In this document: positions 24,399-32,000 of the stretch, piece by piece | Layout of the letters: every line of letters starts with the position of its first letter | Position numbering within the stretch: the first letter of the stretch is position 1 | From: Staphylothermus hellenicus DSM 12710 | GTDB lineage: Archaea; Thermoproteota; Thermoprotei_A; Sulfolobales; Desulfurococcaceae | Direction of reading: 5' to 3' | NCBI RefSeq assembly: GCF_000092465.1 | Contig: NC_014205.1 | Location: forward strand, 1,080,001 to 1,112,000 | DNA: 32,000 nt | The notes under the pieces: generated by a model | The model's database searches: none | Told to the model about the DNA's origin: nothing | Seen by the model: the letters and a program-made list of their open reading frames with translations, nothing else | Translations under genes and position numbers: made by a program

Positions 24399-24719
24399 TT
24401 GAATAATATTGTGGTAAGGTTCTCGGAATTGACTATAGAACAACTTGTTGAGAAACTAAGAAACATATATGGAAAAATAATTAAGGAAAATCAAGGCTAT
24501 TATTATTCATTAATCATCTACGAGAAAAATAAGCCTAAATATCTGCTATGCATTAAAACTACAAACGGGATCATATATGGAAAAATAAGTTTGTTCGACA
24601 AAATCAGTAGTTTGGTTTGCGAAGACCTATTATACGATCCGAATGGACTATACGTTTTCGCTAGATCAATAGATGAACTTGTAGGGAAAACACAGGATAA
24701 AACAAAGTATCTGGTGTGA
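24399..24719 (+). CDS. Hypothetical protein
   Basis: 106-aa ORF with a TTG start. I recognise no motif. It is directly followed (4 nt) by the HAD hydrolase gene. Confidence 0.45.
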   Translation: MNNIVVRFSELTIEQLVEKLRNIYGKIIKENQGYYYSLIIYEKNKPKYLLCIKTTNGIIYGKISLFDKISSLVCEDLLYDPNGLYVFARSIDELVGKTQDKTKYLV

Positions 24720-24723
24720 AAAA

Positions 24724-25512
24724 TTGTATAGAGGAGTTATTATTGATTTAGACGGAGTTGTTTGGCGAGGTGAGAAACCTCTAAAAAATAATATTGAAGC
24801 TATAAAGAAGCTTGAAAAATCAGGGATAAAAATAATTTATTTATCAAATAATGCAACAAGATCACGTATGGAATACGTTTACAGAATTAGAAGATATGGA
24901 TTAAAAGCAAGCGAGGAAAACGTTATCAATACAGCATTCGCCGCTGCCCAATATATAGTTGAGAAGGGTGGTTCAAAAGTATTTATTGTAGGAGAGGCGG
25001 GATTATATTATGAATGCATAAAGGCTGGATTATTACCGGTAACTATTGGAACTCCCGTTGATTATGTTCTAGTTGGTTTAGATAGATTTGTCACATATAA
25101 TAAATTATCATATGCAACTGAATTAATACGCAATGGTGCTAATTTCATAGCTGCTAACACCGATAAAACATTTCCAGTAGAAAACAGGCTTGATCCAGGG
25201 GCTGGCAGTATTGTAGCATTCCTAGAGGCTTCAACAGGTAGGAAACCAGATGCGATTATAGGAAAACCTAATCCATGGATTCTCGATCTAGCATTGAAGA
25301 TGAATGGTTTAAGTAGAAAAGATGTTTTAATAGTTGGCGATAGACTGGATACCGATATTTTACTTGGTATAAACTCCGGCGTTGACACCTTATTAGTATT
25401 AACGGGTGTGAATTCTCTAGAAGATATAGAGAAAACAGGTATTAATCCTAAATATGCTGCTAAAGATCTTCTTGGCTTCATAAATGATTATCCCGAATTA
25501 TTTGGAATATAA
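24724..25512 (+). CDS. HAD-superfamily hydrolase, subfamily IIA (NagD-like sugar-phosphate/phosphoglycolate phosphatase)
   Basis: Motif I is IIDLDGVVW, motif II is LSNN, then GKPNP, and motif IV is VGDRLDTDI. The start is TTG. Confidence 0.85.
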   Translation: MYRGVIIDLDGVVWRGEKPLKNNIEAIKKLEKSGIKIIYLSNNATRSRMEYVYRIRRYGLKASEENVINTAFAAAQYIVEKGGSKVFIVGEAGLYYECIKAGLLPVTIGTPVDYVLVGLDRFVTYNKLSYATELIRNGANFIAANTDKTFPVENRLDPGAGSIVAFLEASTGRKPDAIIGKPNPWILDLALKMNGLSRKDVLIVGDRLDTDILLGINSGVDTLLVLTGVNSLEDIEKTGINPKYAAKDLLGFINDYPELFGI

Positions 25513-26193
25513 GAAATTGTTTATCCAAACATTTACGGTGCTATCACTAATATTTGCAATACCATAGTATCCCATCATGAAAGGCCCTGGATTAACTACA
25601 ATAGTTCCATTAACGATCTTGTACCCGCTGTATTCGTGTAAATGGCCTGTAACCCAGAGTAATGCTCCATGATCGTTGAGGAACTTTCTCAAAACACTTG
25701 ATCCAACATTTTCTCCACCAACAATATCCATAACTCCATATATCGGTACATGTGTAACCATTATCAATTTCTTACTATCTACATCTATCACCATACTAAC
25801 AAATCTTTCAATTTCTTCTTCGCCCCACTCAATAAGGGTATTAAATGGTGTAAAGTTGCTCCCACCTATACCATAAATTACATAGTCTTTAATGATTCGT
25901 TTTCTACCATGTATATTGTATATTCTACGTTCCTTTAACTCATCAATATCGAGTAATCTAGGATCGTCACAGTTTCCAGGAACAAAATATATAGGTTTAT
26001 CTAGTTTAACCGCGAATTCCTCCAATATTTTTATAGCATGTTCCGCTCTACGAAAATATGTAAGATCCCCCGCTATTATTACAGCATCTATAGATATATT
26101 TTTATCCTGCGCATCCTTAACTAATTTATCCGCATACCTTATTCTATCATGAATATCTGTTACCAACAGCAATGTAAGCGGCACATATATCAC
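25498..26193 (-). CDS. Metallophosphoesterase (calcineurin-like)
   Basis: Motifs are VTDIHD, AGDLT, PGNCD, THVP and GHLHE. The track start is GTG at 26193. An alternative GTG at 26184 lies 5 nt after AAGGTGA. Confidence 0.85.
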   Translation of the reverse strand: MIYVPLTLLLVTDIHDRIRYADKLVKDAQDKNISIDAVIIAGDLTYFRRAEHAIKILEEFAVKLDKPIYFVPGNCDDPRLLDIDELKERRIYNIHGRKRIIKDYVIYGIGGSNFTPFNTLIEWGEEEIERFVSMVIDVDSKKLIMVTHVPIYGVMDIVGGENVGSSVLRKFLNDHGALLWVTGHLHEYSGYKIVNGTIVVNPGPFMMGYYGIANISDSTVNVWINNFLYSK

Positions 26194-26487
26194 CTTATTT
26201 CTCAGAATTGTGAGATGATACTATTAGTATCAGTAGAGAATATGTGGTTACCCATACATTAATTTTACATAGACTCCCTATTCTTGGATTTAGTTTTTCA
26301 TCCTCCCCTCGAGAAGAACCATAGAGGCTTCACATAAATTACCATAGAGATCCCTGTATATATTTTTAAAACATGTATACTCCATTTAATAAATGAATTA
26401 TTTTAAATTATTTGAAAAATATTTAGGGTATGAAGAACTCCTAGTTTAAAACCAGTATTTAGTATTACTTAGAACCTGGATTAATTA

Positions 26488-27315
26488 CTATATTTCCTTT
26501 ATAGCTTCTTTAACCCATGGAAAACTAGGTGTTGGCGGAGGCTGTCTTTTATGTCTGGTTCTTCTATGCATTTCCAATATCTTAGCAACTATGGATGGAT
26601 CTACCCCCGTATATTCAGGTACTTTTTCTTGTGCAATGTTTTTATCGAATAATGCATAGAGAACTAGGTCTATTGTTTCATATTTTATTCCAAGTTCTTC
26701 TTCTGCTTTATGGCCTGGCCATAAGGCTGGACTGCTGGGTTTAGATGTGATCCTTTCAGGTAATCCTAAATATTCACCCATTTTTCTAACTTGGGTCTTA
26801 TAGAGAGAACCTATGGGTAAAATATCGACACCGCCATCTCCGAACTTGGTGAAGTATCCGATTAATATTTCGCTTCTATCCCCTGTTCCTACTACTAGGT
26901 AGTTATGTAGATTAGCATAGTAGTATAATATGTTCATCCGTATTCGTGCACGAAGATTTCCAGTTGGTATATTATAGTTTATATTAAAGAAGGGCATTAC
27001 ACTATATGAGTCAACTATATCATCAATTCTTATAACATAGTATTTGATACCATATTTTTTAACAAGCCACAATGCATCCTCCATATCTCTTTTCGGTGTA
27101 GCTCTTGTATCAGGCATGAACATAGCGGTAACTTTTTCAGGCCCAACTGCTTTCAGGGCCAATAATAGTGTAACTGAAGAATCTACTCCACCGCTTAAAC
27201 CTATTACTGCACCTTTTAGATTAGCTTCTTCGATCTTGTTCTTAATAAATTCTGTTATTATTTCTTCGGCTTTATCATATGGTATATTTAATAAGTCTTT
27301 AATTGTAATCACCAT
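26488..27315 (-). CDS. nadE: NH3-dependent NAD+ synthetase
   Basis: The PP-loop GLSGGVDSSV is present. The length (275 aa) and downstream motifs (VVGTGDRSE, FTKFGDGG) are NadE-like. Confidence 0.9.
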   Translation of the reverse strand: MVITIKDLLNIPYDKAEEIITEFIKNKIEEANLKGAVIGLSGGVDSSVTLLLALKAVGPEKVTAMFMPDTRATPKRDMEDALWLVKKYGIKYYVIRIDDIVDSYSVMPFFNINYNIPTGNLRARIRMNILYYYANLHNYLVVGTGDRSEILIGYFTKFGDGGVDILPIGSLYKTQVRKMGEYLGLPERITSKPSSPALWPGHKAEEELGIKYETIDLVLYALFDKNIAQEKVPEYTGVDPSIVAKILEMHRRTRHKRQPPPTPSFPWVKEAIKEI

Positions 27316-27424
27316 TATATCCCACCTATAGCATGAGAAGTCGTTTATACAGTGATCTAATTAATAGTTAATAACGTTGATTAACGATCGATTACTCTTA
27401 TTCTATTTTGAGTATTTCCTGCTT

Positions 27425-28105
27425 TTATCTGTTCATTCTTCTACATGTTTCTTGGTATTCTCTGATCATATCTCTCTCAAATATTTCGCCGCGTGGAAGC
27501 TTTTCGCGGAATGCTCTACCTTCATATGTATATATATGAACCGAGGGATCTAGCCAGCAATCAGGATGTAATCCAGCTTTAATACATGTTTCTGCTAGAA
27601 AAGTTTCTTCATCCCAACAATACTCTATAGGGACAACAGGTAATAGTGTGCCTTTAAACCAGCCTTTCTCTACTACAAGTCCGTGCTTACCTATTTTTAT
27701 CAGTTTTGGAAGATCCCATCTATTACGAACTATTATTTCCTCAGGTTCCGATAATACTGTTACCTCAAATATGATATTATCTAATTCTTCAGGTCTCAGG
27801 GGAGGGAATCTGGGATCGTTAAATGCTGCCTCTAATGCAGACTTAATAGTTGATACTACTAAGCTATATATAGGTGCTAGAAACCCTATGCATCCTCTAA
27901 GAGTTGTTTTTCCTCCTGGATGCAATGTCTCGATCGTTGTAAAAGTCATGCCGGGCCTTAAGAATATTTCAGGCAGATCTCTGGGTGGTTCAATATTTAT
28001 TCCTCGAAGAATTTTTTCCTCAACAGCTTTACGAGCAAGCTTAACGAGAAAGACGCCATCATTAATGCTTAACTCTGATGGATGAACAGGTTTCTTATCT
28101 GACAA
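27425..28105 (-). CDS. AMMECR1 domain protein
   Basis: The LRGCIG motif is present, followed by DPRFPPL. Length is 226 aa. Confidence 0.85.
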   Translation of the reverse strand: MSDKKPVHPSELSINDGVFLVKLARKAVEEKILRGINIEPPRDLPEIFLRPGMTFTTIETLHPGGKTTLRGCIGFLAPIYSLVVSTIKSALEAAFNDPRFPPLRPEELDNIIFEVTVLSEPEEIIVRNRWDLPKLIKIGKHGLVVEKGWFKGTLLPVVPIEYCWDEETFLAETCIKAGLHPDCWLDPSVHIYTYEGRAFREKLPRGEIFERDMIREYQETCRRMNR

Positions 28106-28631
28106 TTTTTCTCCCCATACTTCTTTTTATAGCTTCATATTTTTTTCTTGCCTCAGACAATATTTCTTCAATTTTTCTCCAGTGTGATCCAATCCAATAT
28201 ATTTTTCCACAACGCGTACAGATCCAGAAATCGTCATGTAATAAGTATACTTTTCTGGGAACCTTGCCTTCTACCTCCTTTTTCTTAGCCTTTCTTAATT
28301 CGCCGTTACATATTGGGCAACGTGACTTATCCATATCTATATGTAGTCTTATACCTGCAACGTAGGCTATATATGCTAGTCTCTCAGACATCTCATCCAT
28401 GTCTAAATAGATACTTTTAATTCCATTATTTAGTGCACGATGATGAAGCCCCCTATCCCTTGTAATAATTATTCTTCCCTCTCTTCTTGCAATATCTAGT
28501 ATTTTCCAATCCTCATATTTTCGATCATATAAGGTATCGTATCCTAGCATTCGAAGCCATCTAGCTACGTTGCCCAGCATTGTGTCAACAATAAATTTTG
28601 GTTCATCATTCTCGTTTTTGTCGCGTTCCAT
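28095..28631 (-). CDS. Mut7-C/PIN-like RNase domain protein with C-terminal zinc ribbon
   Basis: [21 protein letters not shown] is followed by RIIITRD, and then by CPICNG...[14 protein letters not shown]. The 3' end overlaps the AMMECR1 gene start by 11 nt. Confidence 0.8.
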   Translation of the reverse strand: MERDKNENDEPKFIVDTMLGNVARWLRMLGYDTLYDRKYEDWKILDIARREGRIIITRDRGLHHRALNNGIKSIYLDMDEMSERLAYIAYVAGIRLHIDMDKSRCPICNGELRKAKKKEVEGKVPRKVYLLHDDFWICTRCGKIYWIGSHWRKIEEILSEARKKYEAIKRSMGRKIVR

Positions 28632-28674
28632 AATTTAAGAACCTTTGGAGAAATTAGTAAAATATATAATATGT

Positions 28675-29523
28675 CTAGCTTAGCTCCTCTATTAATTCCT
28701 TTTTATTGGTATATATATGTTTCAATATAATATGAGGTGTTACAACACCCGCTATCCTGCCGATCTCGTCTACAATAACTGCTCCTCTACTATTCTTCTT
28801 CATAATACTTATAACGGCTTCTGAAACAGTATTCATAATTCTCAGTTTCGGCGGCCTAAACCTCATCACATCCTCTACTATTAGATGAGATATTCTCTCC
28901 TTCCTATACTTAGCAGGCACGATATCTTGGAATCTCATTAGTGAATATGCTACTTCATATACTGTTATATATCCTACTAGCTCATCGTTTTCATCTACTA
29001 CTGGCATAAAGCTTATATCATTATTAAGCATGTCTTGTCTTATTTTCAGAATTCTATCAGTGGTTCTAGCGATTAACGGGTTTGTATCCATTATATGTCT
29101 TATTTCTGTATCGTCTTTTTCAGCTACTCTAAGAAGCGAATCTCTGAGAATCCCTCCTACAATGCTTCCCTCCTCATCTAGAACGGGAAGTACACCGTAG
29201 CCTTTGTCAACCATTAGCTTGAAGACATCATGTATACTCGAGTTAACAGTTATGAATGCTGGATTTATACTCATAAAACTTGAAACATGTAGTTTACCAG
29301 GAGTTGTTTGCCTCATTCTTTGTGTAGCAATTTTTTGAACTATATCCCTACTAGTTAGTATTCCTGCTAATTCCTTTACTTCTTTCCCCGGCTCCAATAC
29401 TCTATTCTCAGTTACTATTATCTTATCTATGCCGGTTTTCTCTACTAGTTTAAATGCATGATATAATGAATCATTTTTATCAACAATAGGTATATCTTCT
29501 CTTATTAGAGAGCTAAGCTTCAA
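28675..29523 (-). CDS. CBS-domain protein (two CBS pairs)
   Basis: Repeated CBS-like units are present (e.g. GILTSRDIV, GGILRDSLL, GYITVYEVA, GVVTPHIIL). The start is TTG. Confidence 0.8.
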   Translation of the reverse strand: MKLSSLIREDIPIVDKNDSLYHAFKLVEKTGIDKIIVTENRVLEPGKEVKELAGILTSRDIVQKIATQRMRQTTPGKLHVSSFMSINPAFITVNSSIHDVFKLMVDKGYGVLPVLDEEGSIVGGILRDSLLRVAEKDDTEIRHIMDTNPLIARTTDRILKIRQDMLNNDISFMPVVDENDELVGYITVYEVAYSLMRFQDIVPAKYRKERISHLIVEDVMRFRPPKLRIMNTVSEAVISIMKKNSRGAVIVDEIGRIAGVVTPHIILKHIYTNKKELIEELS

Positions 29524-29545
29524 CGTTTACATCACCTATATGTAT

Positions 29546-30496
29546 TTACTTCTTTATTGATAATGCATAAAGTATGTCACGTTCTGTTACTATACCTAAA
29601 AGCTCCATTTTATCATTAACTACAAGAGCAGAACCAACATTTTTCTCTGCCATCTTATGCGCTACTAGCCCTAGATCATCATCGGGTTTTACAACAACAA
29701 GCTCTCTAACCATGATATCGTCTACCGGGATCCTTAATGCTTCCCTTATATCTCCACTAACTGTGTTCTTAAATGCTTCATGTGTGCCGAAATATCTTAC
29801 TATATCCATTGCAGTTATTATTCCTAAAACAACGTTTTCGCCGACAACAGGGATTCTCCTGAACCCATACTTTATTATTTTCTCCATTGCTTCCTTAATG
29901 GATTTTCCAGTCTCTATTGCTACTACTGGGCTACTCATAACATCTGCTACTTTAACACCTATTGATACACTATATGATAAATACTTTATAAGATCATGCT
30001 CTGTTATGACCCCGTAAACTCTACCATCTCGTAGAACTACTGGTACAATGCCTATCTCATTCATAACCATTTTCTCGAGTATATTCGATAGTTTCTCATC
30101 AATATAAGCTACAATAGGGTTCTTTTCCATAATTGTCTCTACTGGTTCTTGAAGAGCAGAATATATGTTGTAGCCATATCTTTCCGCAACTATTTTGAAG
30201 TATTCTCCCCCACCCAAATAGTTTATGACGTGCGTTAACAATAATAGCCCCGCGATCTTATTAGAAACAGTGATGATTAAGCTTCTATATCCTTTCGCCA
30301 TTTCTTCAACCGCTTCGAGTAAGGGCGTTGAAGGACTTGCTTGTTTAACTGGTCTTTTAGCTATTATCTCCAGTTCCTCAGTACTCTTATAGATCCTGTC
30401 CTCGAAATTCGGTGTACCATCACTTCTTAGCCAACGATGCTTTTCTATTCTTCTAGGAGCACCAATTGATCGTCTTACAGGACTCCTCCTAGCCAT
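29546..30496 (-). CDS. CBS-domain protein (two CBS pairs) with a basic N-terminal extension
   Basis: CBS-like units are present (GLLLLTHVI, GVITEHDLI, GIITAMDIV, GIVTERDIL). The preferred start is ATG at 30496 with AGGTGG 6 nt upstream. The track starts at TTG 30517. Confidence 0.8.
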   Translation of the reverse strand: MARRSPVRRSIGAPRRIEKHRWLRSDGTPNFEDRIYKSTEELEIIAKRPVKQASPSTPLLEAVEEMAKGYRSLIITVSNKIAGLLLLTHVINYLGGGEYFKIVAERYGYNIYSALQEPVETIMEKNPIVAYIDEKLSNILEKMVMNEIGIVPVVLRDGRVYGVITEHDLIKYLSYSVSIGVKVADVMSSPVVAIETGKSIKEAMEKIIKYGFRRIPVVGENVVLGIITAMDIVRYFGTHEAFKNTVSGDIREALRIPVDDIMVRELVVVKPDDDLGLVAHKMAEKNVGSALVVNDKMELLGIVTERDILYALSIKK

Positions 30497-30720
30497 ATAG
30501 TCCACCTTATACCTCAACTACTAAAAAATTCTTATAATTCTGTTTAAAATACATATTGATTCGACGAGAACCTAATAATATAAGAATATATCATACATGA
30601 ATGATAATAGTAGATTTTATCATTCTATGCCTGTTCACTACTGGTGTGCTTGAATAAATAGTCTTCTATGCATTATATTAGCTTTATTTATGGATATTCC
30701 GGATATAATGAATGATAATG

Positions 30721-31164
30721 TTATTTTTTAATCTTCCTAGCATTTACGATCTCTATAACGTCTCTGAAAACTTCTAATAGATCCGTATCACTTATCATAC
30801 CTATTAGTTTATCACCTTCTCTGACAGGTAGGTGTGATATATTGTTTCTAATCATTAAATCCAGTATTTGGACTATGTCACTGTTAGAATCAATCATTAT
30901 TAATGGAGTGCTCATTATTTTTTCAACAGGTTCTTTTTCGGGATCTCTTTTCTCGAATAGTACTCCCCATATAATGTCTCTCTTAGTTACAATTCCTATG
31001 GGTCCTTCTTGATCAACTACTATTAATGCCCCAATACCCTCATTTATCATTCTTAATGCAGCTTCTTTAATAGAGGAATTTTTATCTATGAATCTTATTT
31101 CCGGCGTCATTATATCATATGCTTTGAGCAAGTATTCCTCTGACAAAGCACTACACCTATCCAA
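30721..31164 (-). CDS. CBS-pair protein
   Basis: 147 aa with two CBS units (GIVTKRDII, GMISDTDLL). The TTG start overlaps the Sm-like gene stop by 8 nt. Confidence 0.8.
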   Translation of the reverse strand: MDRCSALSEEYLLKAYDIMTPEIRFIDKNSSIKEAALRMINEGIGALIVVDQEGPIGIVTKRDIIWGVLFEKRDPEKEPVEKIMSTPLIMIDSNSDIVQILDLMIRNNISHLPVREGDKLIGMISDTDLLEVFRDVIEIVNARKIKK

Positions 31165-31432
31165 CAGCTATTTCTGGAGCTACTTGTCCATAGTTTATGC
31201 TTATAAATACTATGTGGCTTCCTCGAATAAGCACTTTTCCATATCTAGCAGTAGGTTTTCCATTGTCTCCGTATTCTTGACAATTACTTAATACAACGTT
31301 CATCGTGTGATCAACCATATCTAGTGTTCCTATATACTCGTGTCCATCCTTGATCTTGACTAGTACTATTTGGTTTATAGCACTCTTCAAGTATTTGAGC
31401 GGAGTAGCTGTCTTAGGTTTTGGCACTGACAT
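31157..31432 (-). CDS. Sm-like archaeal protein (LSm/SmAP)
   Basis: The Sm1 motif is VLVKIKDGHEYIGTLDMVDHTMNVVLSNCQEY and the Sm2 motif is GKVLIRGSHIVFI. The preferred start is ATG at 31432 (MSVPKPK). The track's 29 upstream codons are hydrophobic or low-information. Confidence 0.85.
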   Translation of the reverse strand: MSVPKPKTATPLKYLKSAINQIVLVKIKDGHEYIGTLDMVDHTMNVVLSNCQEYGDNGKPTARYGKVLIRGSHIVFISINYGQVAPEIAVG

Positions 31433-31536
31433 GGTTATTCCCACGCCTAATACTGTGTTATTTTCTTTTCGTAAATCAATAACCAAATAGCTAATATAAA
31501 GACTTTGCTGAATAAACATTTTGACAAGTTCCAGCT

Positions 31537-32000
31537 TTAGCTACGTTTTTTATATATGTAGAAATCATCTATTTTGGAACCAACATATTTAAATTCATTA
31601 TTAAGATCGGGTGGTGAGCTCTGCCTATTATATGTCTTATTTCTAGGTATAGTTGTAATTATAGCATATCCATTCTTTGTAAGGAGATTCTTGATCTTAT
31701 CCAATATACTTTCTTTATTTGTTTCAGGTATATTATTCCATACTGTGAACATGAAGATCGAATTTATTGATTGATTTGTTAAAGCTAGATCTTCAGCATA
31801 TGATAGAACATATATTATTCTTGGATCACTATGTTTATCTATAGCGTTTTTCAACATTTCAATACTTGGATCAACACATAAGTATCTATGAAATAGATCT
31901 AGTTTTTTAGATAACAAGTATTCGATTAATAACCCAGTTCCACATCCTATATCGAGGACGTTTTTGCCTGGTATTAGTCTAAGCTCTTCAAAGACATAGT
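31537..32000 (-). CDS. Class I SAM-dependent methyltransferase (5' end runs off the window)
   Basis: Translating upstream of the track's TTG at 31917 stays open to the window edge. It gives ...YVFEELRLIPGKNVLDIGCGTGLLIEYLLSKKL..., where VLDIGCGTG is motif I. Confidence 0.75.
   Translation of the reverse strand, partial: YVFEELRLIPGKNVLDIGCGTGLLIEYLLSKKLDLFHRYLCVDPSIEMLKNAIDKHSDPRIIYVLSYAEDLALTNQSINSIFMFTVWNNIPETNKESILDKIKNLLTKNGYAIITTIPRNKTYNRQSSPPDLNNEFKYVGSKIDDFYIYKKRS

Noticed and set aside
30597-30719. 12-nt direct repeat ATGAATGATAAT (30597-30608 and 30708-30719) in the spacer between CBS genes
   Set aside because: It is a short AT-rich repeat in AT-rich promoter DNA. There is no D box or structure to make it a C/D sRNA, and chance recurrence is plausible.
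31433-31519. 29-codon N-terminal extension of the Sm-like ORF
   Set aside because: The Sm fold needs only about 75-90 aa. The extension has no Sm-related sequence, so the ATG at 31432 (MSVPKPK) is the more plausible start.
1-32000. Search for CRISPR arrays, IS elements, integrases, prophage/att sites and toxin-antitoxin or other defence cassettes
   Set aside because: No regularly spaced repeat-spacer pattern was seen. The only repeats are in-frame Thr-codon cassettes and the 61-bp gene fragment. No transposase, integrase or recognisable defence gene signature appears in any ORF.

Overview
This is a visibly AT-rich archaeal chromosomal window. Markers include TBP, an ATP-dependent DNA ligase, a family-4 UDG, an Sm-like protein, a GPN-loop GTPase, GGAGG/AGGTG Shine-Dalgarno motifs and TATA-like boxes. 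It is best explained as a hyperthermophilic crenarchaeon of the Desulfurococcales. Staphylothermus is my best guess because of the split tRNA-Lys(CUU) and the Thr-stalk surface proteins, but I cannot verify that here. I call about 33 protein genes, mostly housekeeping. I saw no rRNA, CRISPR array, transposase/integrase or recognisable defence island.

Highlights:
1. A split tRNA-Lys(CUU) is encoded as two separately promoted halves: the 3' half at 10244-10308 and the 5' half at 15046-15093, same strand, in permuted order. A 16-bp complementary leader/trailer assembles a textbook bulge-helix-bulge splice motif in the anticodon stem.
2. A 148-aa protein with a GGDEF/Cas10-palm-like (minimal cyclase-like) motif pattern is translationally coupled (ATGA overlap) to an HtpX/M48 membrane protease.
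3. GC-rich islands stand out against the AT-rich background. They include an unclassified multi-hairpin RNA candidate at 24092-24353 and a C/D-box sRNA candidate at 14203-14268.
4. A GPN-loop GTPase gene is broken by two single-base homopolymer frameshifts.
5. Two adjacent surface proteins share identical poly-Thr stalk cassettes and a conserved C-terminal anchor. A 61-bp fragment of one of these genes is copied into the intergenic spacer.
6. An Opp/Dpp-type ABC substrate-binding protein and two ATPases occur without any permease genes.
7. A membrane-anchored, apparently extracytoplasmic protein carries a Lon-type Ser-Lys protease domain.

All calls come from reading the sequence and ORF translations. 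No database search was possible.
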